From Hypanus sabinus (taxonomy: Eukaryota): a stretch of DNA of 64,000 nt. The notes beneath the pieces were generated by a model that made no database searches, was not told the DNA's origin, and worked only from the letters and a program-made list of their open reading frames with translations. The DNA is taken from positions 194,804,001 through 194,868,000 of the forward strand of contig NC_082707.1 in assembly GCF_030144855.1 (NCBI RefSeq), in the 5' to 3' direction. Shown here piece by piece: positions 1 to 13,892 of the stretch (positions within the stretch are counted from its first letter, which is position 1; each line of letters begins with the position of its first letter). The position numbers were made by a program, and so were the translations under genes.

Positions 1-242
1 TAAAAGCATTGAATGGTGAGTTGAATCGATGGAAAATAAAATCAGGCAAGAGGTAGTCAAGGCTGTTGATTGACTATCACCCATTTATCGTTGCCATGTA
101 AAATTAATTGCATTTTTCATTGCTTCATTAAAGCACAATTAAATGTATGAATCTTGTGGTGAGCTATCAATGTTTGCTTTTGGTAGTCTTGGCTAACTTT
201 GTATTCTGATGCATCAATAATCAGGCACATTTTGTGAGATTG

Positions 243-650
243 TTCTTACTTGCTGCCCATTACACTGTGGGTGCTCTATCTCTGGTGGTGTTCAAGGTCA
301 AAATCATGTCTGTAGCTTCTTGTCAACTTTCACTACTGTCCATCATGTAAGTCCTGGGTGGAGACTCAGGAATACCATCACAGTCAAATGTAGAAGATTT
401 CTTCATTGGTGTTTCTGTAACAATCTTGTTTTACCAATCTGGGCTGTCAGCCCTGAACTGAACCCCCGAACCTGGAGGACCAGTGGACCACTCTTGGTCT
501 GTCCTCTACCATTTGACCTGTTTGGCATAGGTGACTCTTCCAAGAGCCAAAGCATAAAGCCCTGACTTCAGACAAATTAGCTCTCTGGATCATTGAGGCA
601 CAAAAGCCTCCGAACCCAATGACAAGATTGCGGTCCTCTTGGAGAGAGAC
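243..650 (-). mobile_element. Short non-autonomous RTE-derived element
   Basis: Reverse complement of the 40190-40612 element (shared catgccaaacaggtcaaa/ctccaggtt/gagtctcc blocks); resembles RTE-clade 5' ends. Confidence 0.55.
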
Positions 651-1714
651 TGTTCTTACAGCCACCAGTTTATGAACTGCTTGGTGTACTGGTTCTTGCT
701 CTAGGATGACTCAATAGGAGCAATTGAATGTGGGCACAAGGAGCTTCTGCTGATGCTAACCCTGAGACCTTTTCCAGATAAGAAGCTGTTTCTTTGGTTA
801 TGTGAAAATGGCAGTCTTGTTGAGGAACTAGAAAGAGCAAAGGAAGTTACCAGAGGCACAGGTTTAGGGAAAGAGTCATAATGTAATATTGCTTGTAGCC
901 TTGGGCCAGATCCAATGAGAAGCTGACACAAGTCAATCTGAACCAATGAAATTGGAAGATAAAACATTGATTTAATATGGAAAAGGATAATAATAGAGCC
1001 CTTCAGAGGCACGGGCAGTAACATTTCAGAAGGGATGCCCCCACATTAGAAATCTGGAGATTACCTCAGCATTAAGAGGAATGCCTGGCCAGCATAGATT
1101 CCTTTTCCAGGTATTACTTTTTATATTCTTTGGCTGTTAACGGACATTTAGGGAGAGCTAGTGAGTGTGCACACCAGAATTTAGTTTTGTAAATTCGCAT
1201 GCATATTCACTGAACCAATAAAGGTATTTGTTATTAAATACAGATTCTGTTTGTGCCTCACTGATCTTTATTGGTGATGGTTAATACCTGCAACAAAATT
1301 ATACGGAGCACCAATAAACAATACCTATGGAATGTAATGTCGAACTCAAGCCAGAGGAAGTCATGATTAAATCGCAAGTAGTAACATCAATATTAACAAG
1401 CACAACCTGCCTTTATCTCCTTTAGTGTTGTAAAACATCCCTAAGGAGAGATAATTAAAGTCTGATATCGAGCATGGGGACAGGTGTTTAAAAGCTTGAT
1501 CAAAGAGGTGGATTTTAAATAAAGAAACACTTGACTTGAGGGACAAAGGAGACTTTTATGTACTGGGGTTGGTACACCAAAGTGGCTAATTTCTGATGTC
1601 ATAAGCAAGTAAATTTAGTCTTTTCAGAAAGTGCCTGTGAGCTGATGTTATTGGGTTTTATATAATTATTTCAGGAAGGGAAGAAATAAACATAAATTAT
1701 TTGGTTGGTTCCCT

Positions 1715-1990
1715 GGGTTTAGAGATGGCTGAGAGGTGCACCTGGCACAGCTGCTTTCTCACAGTTCCAGAGGGAAGGGCTCAGTCCTGATCTTGGGTGC
1801 TGCTTGAGTGATGTATCCTTGTTCCACCTGCAGCCACGTGGGATTCATCCGGCTACTTATCCCAGCAAAGGTCGTGTTGATAGGCTGATGATTGGCTACT
1901 GTAAATAGTCCCTGGTGTGTAATCTTTGGGGGATTGTTTAATGTAAATTGTCTCTCATGTTTTGGGGGAGTTAATGGGAATATGGAGAAA
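1715..1990 (+). mobile_element. Degenerate tRNA-derived V-SINE (HE1-like)
   Basis: Similar to 44576-44830; includes 'attggctactgtaaatagtccct' V-domain-like segment. Confidence 0.5.
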
Positions 1991-2324
1991 ATAAAATAGA
2001 TTAAGGTAGAATTGTTGTAAAAATATATGCCTCTTTATTGGCACCGACTTGATGGCTGAAGAACTTGTTTCCTTGCATTTTGGCCTATGCCGACCAAGAT
2101 GTCCATCCAGGATAGTCCCATTTGCCAGTGTTTGAACCATAACCTTCCAAACCTTTACAATCCATCTGCCTGTCCAAGAGTATTTAAAAAGAGTATTTAA
2201 AAGCTGGAAATCCATGAGCTAGTCCTCATAAGGGGAACAGAGATGGAGAGTGTCAGTAGCTTTAAATTTCTTGGTATTAACCTATTTCACTGTTTGCCCT
2301 GGGACCAGCACGTAAGTGTCGCCA

Positions 2325-4770
2325 TAATATGGCTATAAGAGGTAGGAGCAGAATTAGGCCATTCAGCCCATAAAGTCTGCTCTACCATTTCACCATGGCT
2401 GATCACGGATCCCATTCAACACCATACAACTGCCGTCTCACCATATCATTTGATGGCTCATCCAATCAGGAATATATAAACTTCCACTTTGAATACACCC
2501 ATGGACTTGGCCCCCTCCATAGTCTGTGGCAGAGCATTCCACAGATTCTCCACTCTTTGGCTAAAAAAATTCCTCCTTACATCTGTTCTAAAAGGTCACC
2601 CCTCAAGGCTGTGCCCTCTCATTCTGGATATCCCCACCAGAGGAAACATCTTCTCCACATCCACCTTATTTAATCCTTTCAAGATTCAGATGGTTTAAAT
2701 GAGATCCTCATACAATCTTCTAAATTCCAGTGAATGAAGGCCCAAAGCTGCCAAACACTCTTCATATGTTAACCCCTTCATTCCTGGAATCATCCTCGTG
2801 AACCTCCTCTGGATTCTCTCTGAGATATGGGGCCCAAAACTGTTGACAATACTCCAAGTGTGGCCTGACCAGGGTCTCATTAAGCTTCAGCAATAGTTCC
2901 TTGTTTTTATATTCTATTCCCCTTTAAATAAATGTCAACATGGTATTTGCCTTCTTTACCACAGACTCAACCTGTGAATTAACCTTCTGGGTTCCTAAGT
3001 CCCTCTACACCCCTGATGTTTGAACCTTCTTGCCATTTAGTTAATGGTCTGCACTATTGCTCCTTTTAGCAAAATGCATTATCATACGTTTCCCAACACT
3101 GTATTACATCTGCCACTTTTTTGCTCATTCTTCCAATTTGTCTAAGTCCTGCTGCAATTGTATTGTTTCCTCAGCACTACCTGCCCCTCCACCTATCTTT
3201 GTATTACCCACAAACTTTGCCATAAAGCCATCAATTCCATTATCCAAATCATTGAAAAATAATGTGAAAAGTAGTGGTCACAATGCTGGCCCCTGAGAAA
3301 CACCACTAGTCACGGGCAGCCAACCAGAAAAGGCTTCCTTTATTCCCACTCACTGCTTCCTGCCTGTCAACTGTTCTACTATCCATGCCATAGGATTTTA
3401 TATTGTTAAGCAGATTCATGTGAGGCACCTTATCAAATGCCTTCTGAAAATCTAGGGAAATGACATCCACTGCCTCCCTTTTGTCCACCCTCCTTGTTAC
3501 TTTCTCAAAAGATTCTAACAGATTTGTCAAAGAAAATTTCCTGTTGCAAAAACCAAGCTGACTTTGACTTATTTTATCATTGCTCCAAAACCTCATCCTT
3601 AATAATGCACTCCAACACTTTCCCAACCACTGAGGTTAGGCTAACTGGCCTATAATTTCTTTTCTTACACCTTCCTTCCTCCTTAAAGAGTGGAGTGACA
3701 TTTGCAATTTTCTAGTCCTCCAGGACCATGCCAGAATCAAGTGATTCTTGAAAGATCATGACCAATGCATGCATTATCAATCAGCATTCTCTCTCAGGAC
3801 TCTGGGATATAGTTCATCTGGACAAGGTGACTTATCCACCTTAAGATCTTTGAGTTTGCCTAGCACTCTCCTGGATAATAGTAAAGACACTCACTCCTGC
3901 TTCTTGTCACGCATGGACCTCTGACATACAGCTAGAGTCTTCCACGGTAAAGACTGAGGCAAAGTTTATCTGCCATTTCTTTGTCCTCCGTTGCTACCTC
4001 ATCAGCATCATTTTCCAGTGGTCTAATATCAACTCTCACTTCCCTTTTATTCTTTCTATAACTGAAAAACTTTTAGTATCCTGCTTTATATTATTTGCCA
4101 GTTTGCTCTCATATTTCTTCTTCTCCCTTCTTATAACTTTTTAAATTGGATTTTAAAAGATTTCCAATCATCCAGCTTCCCACTAACTTTTGCTACCTTA
4201 TCTGTCCTTTCCTCGGCTTTTATGCAGTCCCTTAACTTCACTTTTCAGCCACGGTTGCCCAGCCCTTCCATTTGAGAACTTCTTCAATGGGACATATCTA
4301 TCCTGCACCTTGTGAACTCTTCCCAGAAACTCCAGCCAACTCTGTCATCCCCACCAGTATCCCCCTCCTGTTCACCTGAGCAAATTCCCTTATTCCATTG
4401 TGATACTGATACATCTGGCTTATGCTTCTCCCTCTCAAATTGCAGTACGAATTGAATCATATTATGATCGCTACCTCCGAAGGGTTCCTTTACGTTAGGC
4501 TGACTAATAAGATAGCCTCGCCCTTAGTAGTTCAAACACAAGCTGCTCTAAAAAGCCATCTTGTAGGCATTCAACAGATTCCCTCTCTTGCGATGTGACA
4601 CCAACCTGATTTTCTCAATCCTCTTGCATATTGAAGTCCCCCAGTACAATTGTGACATCACCCTTATTACATACTCTTTCCCACTCCCTTTGCAATCTCA
4701 GCCCCACACCTTGGGTACTATCTGGAGGCCTGTATATGATTCCCATAATGGTTTTTTTTACCCTTGACAC
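2325..4770 (-). mobile_element. CR1-type LINE ORF2 remnant (endonuclease to RT to 3' tail)
   Basis: Minus-strand fragments 'GIIYRPPDS...IVLGDFN' (APE endonuclease), 'LTNLLESFEKVT...VDVISLDFQKAFDKVPH' (RT), 'QRRFTRMIPGMKGLTYEE'; many stops and frameshifts. Confidence 0.9.
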
Positions 4771-4771
4771 A

Positions 4772-4912
4772 TTATCAAGAGTATTGATAATGGCTGGGGT
4801 CATCAGTCTTGTAAAGACACTGCCCAGAAGAAGGCAACATTTGCTAAGAACAGTAATGGTCATGGAGAGACCATGATATTTACGTCATATGACATGGCTC
4901 ATCACAAACGAA
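4772..4912 (+). mobile_element. Fragment of RTE/BovA-like short element
   Basis: 'aagagtattgataatggctggggtc...gtaaagacactgcccagaagaaggcaa' matches 13230-13360 and 46860-47200. Confidence 0.7.
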
Positions 4913-4919
4913 TGCAGCC

Positions 4920-6165
4920 TGTTTATTGAGAGAAAAGAGATTGCTGGCGCATTGACTGATATCTTTGTGCCCTGTCTAGCCACAGCCCAGGGCCCAGAGA
5001 ACAGCCAAGTAGCTAATGTTATTCTATTATTCAAGAAGGGAACCAGGGATAATCCTGGAAACCATAGACTGGTGAGTCTCATATCTGTGGTAGGGAAGTT
5101 ATTGGAAAGAATTCTTAGGCATAGGATTTATGAGCTTTTAGAAAACCATGACCTAATTAGGAAAAAACAGCATGGTTTGTGCAGGGCACGTGGTGTCTTA
5201 CTAACTTGATTGAGCTTTTGACAAAGTGACAAGGGTGATTAATGAAGTTAGAGCTGTAGATGTTGTCTACATGGATTTTAGTAAAGTATTTGACAAGGTT
5301 CCTAATGGGAGGCTCACTCAGAAGATTAAGATACATGGGATCAATGGTGAATTTGCCGTTTGGATTCAGAACTGGCTTGTCATAGAAGGCAGACGGTGGT
5401 GGTCAAAGGAACTTATTCTAGCTGGAAGTCTGTCATTAGTGGTGTTCCACAGGGATCTGTACTGGGACCTCTGCTGTTTGTGAAGTACTTAAATGACTGG
5501 ATGAAAATGTAGATGGGTGTGTTAGTAAGTTTGCAGAAGATATGAAGTGTGAAGCATTACACCCTGGTAGGGTCAAATGAAAAGACACAATATACTGTTG
5601 AGGGCAAGATCCTTAAATATGTTGATGAGCAGAGGGATTTTGGAGTCCAGGTTCATAGCTCCCTGAAAGCAGCTACACGGGTCAAAAGGGTGATTAAGAA
5701 GGCATATGGCATGCTTGCCTTTATTAGTTCAGCCTCTGAATTCAAAGGTCAGGAAGTTATGGTGCAACTTTATAAAACTCTAGTCAAGTCACCCATTACA
5801 GGAAGGATACCAAGGCTTTGGAGAGGGTGCAGAAGAGGTTTGCCAGGATGCTGCCTGAATCAGAGGGCATAATAAGAGATTAGACAAATTTGGGTTGTGT
5901 TCTCTAGAGTGTCAGAGATCTGATAGAGGTCTATCAGATTATGAGTGGCAGACAGTATCTTTCTCACAGGGTTGAAGTGTCTAATACTAGAAGCCACGTA
6001 TTTGATGTGAGAGAACATAACTTTAAAGGAGATCTGAGGGGGTTTTTTTACAGAGAGTTGTGGGCACCTGGAATGTGCTGTCTGGTGTTGAGGTTGAGGC
6101 AGAGAGATTAGGGACTTTTAAGAGACATAGGATCGGAAGGTATAGAACCATTGTGAGTAGAGCTA
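4920..6165 (+). mobile_element. CR1-type LINE RT remnant
   Basis: 'LFKKGTRDNPGNHRLVSLISVVGKLLE', 'VDVVYMDFSKVFDKVP', 'KAYGMLAFI...LYKTLV'. Confidence 0.9.
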
Positions 6166-6169
6166 AGAA

Positions 6170-9100
6170 ACCTCAAGGGTAAAAAGACCTTGATAGAAGT
6201 TACAGTATAAAAGGTCTCCAAACAGTAGTAAAAACATGGGCTACAAATGGTAATGGGAGGTATGTAATGCCTTGTTTAAAATTTTACTGCTAATGTTGTA
6301 AGGTATTTCATTCAATGGTTTTCTGTGGAAGCAGTGCATTGGACACATCAGCTTTTGGAAGATTTAAGCTCCAACCTTGAGCACATTTGATTGTCTTAGT
6401 TACGATCAGCCCTTTTTATTTTTTTTCTTTCTTCTCTAATAACCATTTGGTTAAGTTAGCATTCATAAAAATCCTTTCCTTATAATCTTATGCCGTGTAT
6501 GGTCTATATTTCTTGTCTATGGGGGATTGCATGGGAGCAGTAGTTGCGCAGTATTCACACAGATTGGGCTTTGAGTGGGCAAGGTTTCCCAACTTCCCAG
6601 GTTTGGTAGGACCCAAGTCATATCGACTCCAGGTGTATGAAGTCTGAGAAAGGTGGTTTTCTCACCACTGGCTCCGGTGGCTGTTAGCAAGGGACTAGGG
6701 AGCCGCATCTCTTGAGGCACCTGGTAAGAAAAGGGTTTCAGGTAGAAAATACATGTCAAAAGGCCAATGGACATGGGGGATTTCAATATGCAGGGAGATT
6801 GGGAAATTCATGTTAGTGCTGGAACCCAAGAGTGCCTATGAGATGGTTTTTTTTAGAACAGCTCATGGTAAAGCCTGGAAGGGGATCAGTTATTCTGGAT
6901 TAAGCATTGTGCAATGAACAGGATTTGATTATGGAGCTTAAGGTAAAGGAACCCTTAGGAGAGAGTGATCATAATATGATGGAATTCCCTTTGCGACTTG
7001 AGAGAGAGGAACTAAAATCAGATGTATCAACAGTATTACTGTGGAGTAAAGAGAATTACAGAGGCATGAAAGAGGAGCTGGCTAAAATTAATGGGAAGGG
7101 AACACCAGCATGGATGATGGCAGAGTAGCAATGGATGGAGTTTTTGGAAACAACTCGAAAGGTACATCCAAAAGAAGAAGTCTTCTATGGCAGCATGAAG
7201 CCACTGTGGCTGCAAGAGATGTCAAAGCCAACAAAAAAGCCAAAGAAAGGGCTTATAATAGAGCAAAAATTAGTGTGGGGGGGGGGGTAGAGGATTGGGA
7301 AGCTTTTAAACACAAATAGAAGCAACCAAAAAAGTCATAAAAAAAGGAAAAGATGGAATACAAAGTTAACCAGAACTGTATTCAGTTAATACAGAAGATA
7401 CCAAAAGTTTCTTCAAATATATAAAGTGCAAAACAAAGGAGAGAGTAGATATCTGACTGCTGGAAAACAAGGCTGGAGAGGTAGTATTACGGGACAAGGA
7501 AATGACAGATGAACTGACTAAGCATTTTGCAGAAAACTTCACATGGAAGGCTCAAGAAATATATCAGAAGTTTGAGAGTGTCAGGGGGCAGAAGGGAATG
7601 AAGTTGCCATTACTACAGAGAAGGTGTTTGGGAAACTGAAAGGTCTGGAAGTAGATAAGTCACCTGGAGCAGTTGGTCTACACCCTAGGGTTCAGAAAGA
7701 GGTGGCTGAAGAGATTGTGAAGGCTTTATTAATGATCTATAAAGAATCATTAGACTCTAGCATGGTTGCAGAGAACTGATAAATCGAAAATGTCACACCA
7801 CTTTTCAAGAAGAGAGGGGGGGGGCAGAATAAAGGAAAGTATAGACCAGTTAGTCTGACCTCAGTGGTTGGGAAGAAATGGGAGACAATTGTTAAGGATG
7901 TGTTTTCGGGGTATTTGAAGACACATGATAAATTAGACCAAGTCAGCATGGTTTCCTTAAGGGAAAAACTTGCCTGACAAACCTGTTGGAATTGTTTGAA
8001 AAAGTAACAAGCAGAATCAGTGGATGTTGTGTACTTGGATTTTAGAAGGTCTTTAACTAGGTGCCACACATGAAGCTGCTTAACAAGTTAAGGGCCCATG
8101 GTTTTTCAGGAAGGATACTAGCATGGATAGACTATCGGCTGATTGGCAGGAGGCAAAGAGTAGGAATAAAGGGAGCATTTCCTGGTTGGCTGCCAATGGC
8201 TAGTAGTGTTCCACAGGGGTAGCTAATAGGACAGCTTCTTTTTACATTATATGTCAATGATTTGGATGCAGGAGTTGATGGATTTGTTGCCAGGTTTGTG
8301 GTTGATACAAAGATAGGTGAAGGAGCAGGTAGTTTTGAGGAAGCAGAGGCTACAGAGGGACATTGACAGACTAGGAAAATGGGCAAAGAAATGGCAGATG
8401 GAATACATTGTCAGGAATTGTATAGTCTTGCACTTTGGTAGAAGAAATGGAAGTGTTGACTACTTTCTAAATAGAGAAAACACCTCAAAAATCAGAGGTT
8501 CAAAAGGGCTTGGGAGTTCTTGTGCAAGATTTCCTAAAGTTAATTTGCATGTTTGGTCATGGTGAGGAAGGCAAAAGCAATGTCAGCATTCACTTCGAGA
8601 GGACTAGAATATAAAAACAAGGATGTAATGTTGAGACTTTCTGAGGCCTCACGGAGTTTCATGAGCAGTTTTGGGCCCCTTATCATAGAGAGGGTATGCT
8701 GAAACTGGAGAGGATTCATAGGAGGCTCAAGAAAATGATTCCAGGATTGAATGGCTTGTCATATGAAGAGCATTTGATGACTCTGAGTCTGTATTCACTG
8801 GAATGCAAAAGAATGAGGAGTGACCTCATTGAAACTTATTGAATGGTGAAAGGCCTTGGAAGAGACAATGTGGAGAAGATATTTCCTACGGTAAGAGAGT
8901 CTAAGACCACAGCCTCAGAACAGAAAGCCTCAGAACAGCCTCAGAATGGAGATGAGGAGAAATTTCTTTAGTCATAGAGTGGAGAATCTATGGAACTAAT
9001 TACCACAGGCAGCTGTGAAATCTTGATAGATTCTTGATTTTCAGGGCATGAAGGGATGCAGGGAGAAGCCAGGAGATTTGGGCTGAGTGGGAAGTGGATC

Positions 9101-9180
9101 AGCTATGGTGAAATGGAAGAGCAGACTCAATGGGCCAATTGGCCTATCTCTGCTTGCATGTCTTATGGTCTTCTGGTTTA
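6170..9180 (+). mobile_element. CR1-type LINE ORF2 remnant interrupted by a solo LTR
   Basis: 'EPLGESDHNMMEF' (endonuclease end), RT motifs, 'LQRDIDRLGKWAKKWQMEY', 3' tail 'tcttatggtctt'. Confidence 0.9.
6263..6740. mobile_element. Solo LTR (478 bp) with 4-bp TSD GGTA
   Basis: Starts TGTAATG, ends GTTTCA, flanked by ggta/ggta; CR1 endonuclease-region sequence lies on both sides. Confidence 0.7.
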
Positions 9181-9319
9181 GATAGACACACAAATAGAGG
9201 GATATAGACATTGTGGAGGCACAAGTCTAGATGGCCATTTGATTCCTAATTTATTTGGTTCAACACAACATGTAGAGCAACAGGCCTGTTTCTGTGCTGT
9301 ACTGTTCTATGTTGTATGT

Positions 9320-12070
9320 TCAGAATCAAAATTCAGTTTAATATCACTGGCATTTGTTGTGAAATTTGTTGGTTTGTGATAGCAGTACATTGCACTACAT
9401 ACTAATGAAATTATAATTTACAATAGGAATTTATAAAAATTAAGTTAAATAAGTTGTGTGAAAAGAGAGAGAAAAAAAGAAAAAATACTGAGGTAGTGTT
9501 CATTGGTTCACTTTACATTCAGAAATCTGATGCAGAGGGAAAGAAGCTGCTCCTGAAATAGTGAGTGTGTGTCTTTAGGCTCCTGTACCTCCTCCTTAAT
9601 AATAGCAATGAGCAGAGGGTGTGTCTTAGGAATGGGGATCCTTAATGATGGGTGCCTCTTTTTGAACCTTTGCCTTTTGAAGGTGTCCTGGTACTAGGGA
9701 AGCTGGTACCATAAGGGAGCTGGCTGAGTTTACAACTTTCTGCAGCTTTTTCTGATCTTGTGCAGTGGCCTCTCTATGCCAAAATGTGATGCAACCAGTT
9801 AGAATGCTCTCCACAGTACATGGGTAGAAATTTGTGAGTGTCCTTGGTGACCTAGCAACTCTGCTCAAAGTCATAGTGAAGTTAAGCCACTATCCTGCCT
9901 TCTTTGTAACTGCATCAATATGTTGGACCCAGGATTGAACCTCAGAGATGTTGATACCCCTGAACTTGAATCTGCTCACCCTTTCCACATCTGATCCCTT
10001 GACAATCACCGGTGGGTGTTCCCTTGACTTTTGCTTCCAAAAACCCACAATCAAACAGGAGTCCAAACAAGAGAAAATTTGCAGATGCTGGAAATGCAAG
10101 GAACACACATAAAATGCTGGAGGAACTCAGCAGGCCAGGCAGCATCTATGGAAAAAAGTATACTCAACGTTTCGGGCCAAAATCCTTCATCAGGGCCCAC
10201 AACGTTGCCTGTTTACTCTTTTCCATAGATGCTGCCTGGCCTGCTAAGTTCCTCCAGCATTTTACGTGTGTTGCCACAATTAATCCCTTGGTTTTACTGA
10301 CGTTGAGTGCAAGGTTGTTGCTGTGACACCATTCAACAAGCTTATCTATCTTGCTCCCGTACACCTTCTCGTCACCATCTGAAAACAGTGATGCCATTGG
10401 CAAATTTATGGATGGCATTCAAGCTGTGACTGGCTACACAACTGTGGGCGTAGAGACAGTAGAGCAGTGGGCAAAGCACACTTCCCTGAGATGCACGAAT
10501 ATTGGTTGTCAGAGAGGAGGAGATGCTATTTCCAATCCGCACAGACTGTAATGTCTTGGTGAGTCAAGGATCCAGCTGCAGAGGGAGGTACAGAGGGCCA
10601 AACTTCGGAGCTTGCCAATTAGAATTGAGGGTATGCCTATGCTGAATGCTGAGCTGTAATCAGTAAACAGCCTGACATAGGTATTACTATTGTCCAGATA
10701 GTCCAAGGTGGAGTGGAGAGATTTCATTCGCTGTAGACCTATTGTGGCAATAGGCAAATTGCAACAGAGTTGCTGAGGCAGGAGCTGATTCTAGCCATGA
10801 ACTCTCAAAGCACTTCATCATTGTAGATGGGAGAGCCACTTGGTAATAGTCATTGAGGCAGTTCACCCTGCTTTTATTGGGCACTGGTATGATTGTTACT
10901 CTTTTCAAGCAGGTAGGAACCTCTGAATGATCGAAAACTCCTCTTTAAACATTCCCACCAGTTGATTGGCACAGGATTTAAGAGCCTCACCATTTACACC
11001 ATCAAGGCCTGACACCTTGCAAGAGTTCACACCCTGGAAACATGTTCAAATGGCAGCTTCAAGATGGAGATCACAGGGTTACTAAATGCTGCGGGGATTC
11101 GCACAGGTATAGTTTTATTCTCCCTTTCTTAGCATGCATAAAAGGTGTTGAGCTCATCTAGGAGTGAAGCCGCACAGCCATTCATGATAATAGGTTTCAG
11201 TTTGTGGGAAGTAATGGCCTGTAAACTCTGCCAGATCTGACTTGCATCCATTTCTGTCTCTAAGCTCAATTGGAATTGTTTTTTTGCCCTTGAAATAGCC
11301 TTCTGTAGGTTTTACCTGGACCTTGTATCGTTCTGGATTACTGGTCTTGAATGATACAGATCTAGTCCTTAGCAGATTGAGGATCTCCTGGTTCATCCAC
11401 AGCTTTTGGTTTGGTTAAAACTACATTTGTGTGAATCCCTGCAGCATTTGGTAACGCTGTGATCACTGTCTCAGAGTCCAATGTGTCCTCAAATGCACAC
11501 ACTCATTCATGTGGGTCTTGATGAAGTCAGTGACAAATATGGTGTATTCATTCAGATTCAAAAATGAATCCCTGAATATTGTCCAGTCCACTGACTCAAA
11601 GCAGTCCTGTAAATGCCCTCACCACTGGTGCTGTGGTCTTTAGACTCTGCCTGTGTGCCAGGAGTAGAAATACAGGCAGGTGATCGACTTTCAAAGTGTG
11701 GGCATGGGTCAGCACGGTAAGAGTTCTGGATGCTGGTTTAACTGTGGTCAAGTTTGTTGGCTCCTCTGGTTCACAGGTGATATGTTGGTGGTAGTTGCTC
11801 AGAGACTCCTTCAAGCTGGCCTGGTTGAAACGATAAGGAAGGCATCAGTGTGTGTTGCTTGTGCCTGCTGATTACATTGAACAGCTCCTCCAGTGCCTGC
11901 CTGATGTTTGCCTGAGGTGGGTTGTACGCTGCCACCAGGATGATGGCAGAAAACTCCCTCAGCAGATAAAATGGATGACATTTAAACACTGGATGTTCCA
12001 GGTTGGGTGAGCAGGACTGAGACAGAATTGCCACATTTGTGCACCACGATGAGTTAATCAAAAAGATTCT
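9320..12070 (-). mobile_element. Rex1/Babar non-LTR retrotransposon remnant
   Basis: 'IIPVPNKSRVNCLNDYYQVALPSTMMKCFE', '[25 protein letters not shown]', 'WCHSNNLALNVSKTK', 'LTNFYPCTVESILTGCITFW'. Confidence 0.9.
10065..10278. mobile_element. Penelope-derived inverted (fold-back) element with degenerate hammerhead motif
   Basis: Arms 'aaaatgctggaggaactcagcaggccaggcagcatctatggaa' and 'ttccatagatgctgcctggcctgctaagttcctccagcatttt'; minus strand reads CTGATGAAGGATTTTGGCCCGAAACGTT. Confidence 0.7.
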
Positions 12071-12084
12071 CCATCCACTCTGCC

Positions 12085-12665
12085 TTTGAAACACTTTATA
12101 AAGAAGACACAACAGTGCCTCTACTTTCTTAGAAGTTTGCATAGATTCAGCATGCCACCAAAATCTTTGACAAACTTCTTTGGATGCACTGTGGAGCATC
12201 ACAGCCTGGTATGGAAACACCAATGCCTCAGATACAATCTGGACAATCACCTGGAGCACTGCCACAAGAAAACAAAATCCATCATCAAAGACCTTGCTCT
12301 CCTCTCAATACGACCATCGGGAAAGAGATGCAGGAGGCTTAGATCCCTTACCACCAGGTTCAGGAATAGTTGTTACCCTGCAGCGAACAGGCTCCTGAAC
12401 CGATGTGGATATCTCCTACTCACTACTCTGAATTGATTCTATGAACTACAGGACTCTTCACAACTCAGGTATTCAGCATTTCCTTTCACAGTTTGTCTCT
12501 ATTTGCACATTGGTTGTTTGTCAGTATGTCTGCTTATGTATTGATTTTCATAAAGATTCTATTGTATTTCTTTCATTCCTATAAATGCCTACAAGAAAAT
12601 TTATCTCTGTGTGGTATATGGTAACATATACATATTTTGATAATAAATATACTTTGAACTTTGAA
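12085..12665 (+). mobile_element. Rex1/Babar 3' fragment
   Basis: 'KKTQQCLYFLRSLHRFSMPPKSLTNFFGCTVE', 'PSGKRCRRLRSLTTRFRNSCYP'; tail 'aataaatatactttgaactttgaa'. Confidence 0.85.
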
Positions 12666-13029
12666 CCATTTCTTCTGGCAGCTGATTCCATATATGAACC
12701 ATCCTCTGTATGTTTAAAAAAAAGCTCACATTCTTATTAAATCGTTCTCTTCTTACCTCATACCTGCACCTTTCAGTTCTTGATTCCCTAACCTTGGGGA
12801 AAAGACTGAGTGTATTTCACCCCTCATGATCACCTCTAAGATCACCTCTCAGTCTCCAATGATCCAAAGAATAAAAACTCTAGCACATCCCACATCTCCT
12901 TTTAGCTCAGTTGCTCATATCCTAACAACATCCCTGGAAGTAATTACTGTGTTTTTTCCATGCTTATAACATCTTTCCTATCACATTGCGTTTCTTTATT
13001 TTGGGATGTCTCTGTTGGATTTTTGGATG

Positions 13030-13362
13030 GTGGAGTGGAGGTACGTCTCTACCAAAGGAGGTGTAAGGCCCTCCTCCCTCCGCTAGCCTGCAGGTTATTC
13101 TTGGGCAAGGCGTAGCACCTGCTTAGCCCCTCAGTCAGGACCACGTGAAGCCATGAGAGCAGGAGGTGGATGATCGTATGAGCAGCAATTCCTGGTTATG
13201 CAACCACTGATGCCAGGCTGAAAATCTCTGAAGAGTATTTATAATGGCTGGAGTCACCCATCTTGTTAAGACACTGCCCAAAAGAAGGCAATGGCAAACC
13301 ACTTCAGTGGAAAATATGCCAAGAATAATCATGGTTATATGACATGGCACATAACGAACAAA
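13030..13362 (+). mobile_element. Short non-autonomous RTE/BovA-like element
   Basis: Contains 'gaaggcaatggcaaaccacttc' box resembling RTE-BovB 5' ends and an (aacg/aaca) tail; other copies at 4772 and 46860. Confidence 0.65.
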
Positions 13363-13892
13363 CAAAAGGTGGATTTGGCCTTTGGCATCCATTTGCTTCC
13401 CATCATCCTTCCAGTCTTGTTGTTGCCACTTTTGTGTGGGACAAAGTGGGCGACAGGTAGCAGAAACTAAAGCCTTGCCCAGGGATCCCCTTAACAGCCT
13501 TCAAACAGACCTTTCAACTTTTAAATGTCCAGCGACTTATAGAAAAGGGGGAGAATATTAAGAAAAAATCTTTTTAAGAAATACATTCAACTTATGTAAT
13601 TTAATTTTAAACATGAATATTAAGTTAAATGTGATAAACACACTTTGATTTCAATTAAGGGTGTTGATGCCATTCAAATGAATTAGGGCTACAGTTGACC
13701 TTAAACTATTGTTGGAGTAAAGCAAAGAATCAAATGTTAAGTTTCTAAAGCCCCTTTGCCAAGTACATTGCAGAATGCTCCTGATCTTCAATGGTGCAGA
13801 GGGTGGACTGGGAAACCAGATTTGTAGGAGCTGGTAGCCTGAACATGCCTCGCCCATTGATGGAATGCACGTTAACAAGGAACCCAATCTTA

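Noticed and set aside
701-1024. 107-aa minus-strand ORF with a possible acceptor at ~938
   Set aside because: No recognisable homology or partner exon, and it lies beyond the host gene's stop and poly(A) signal
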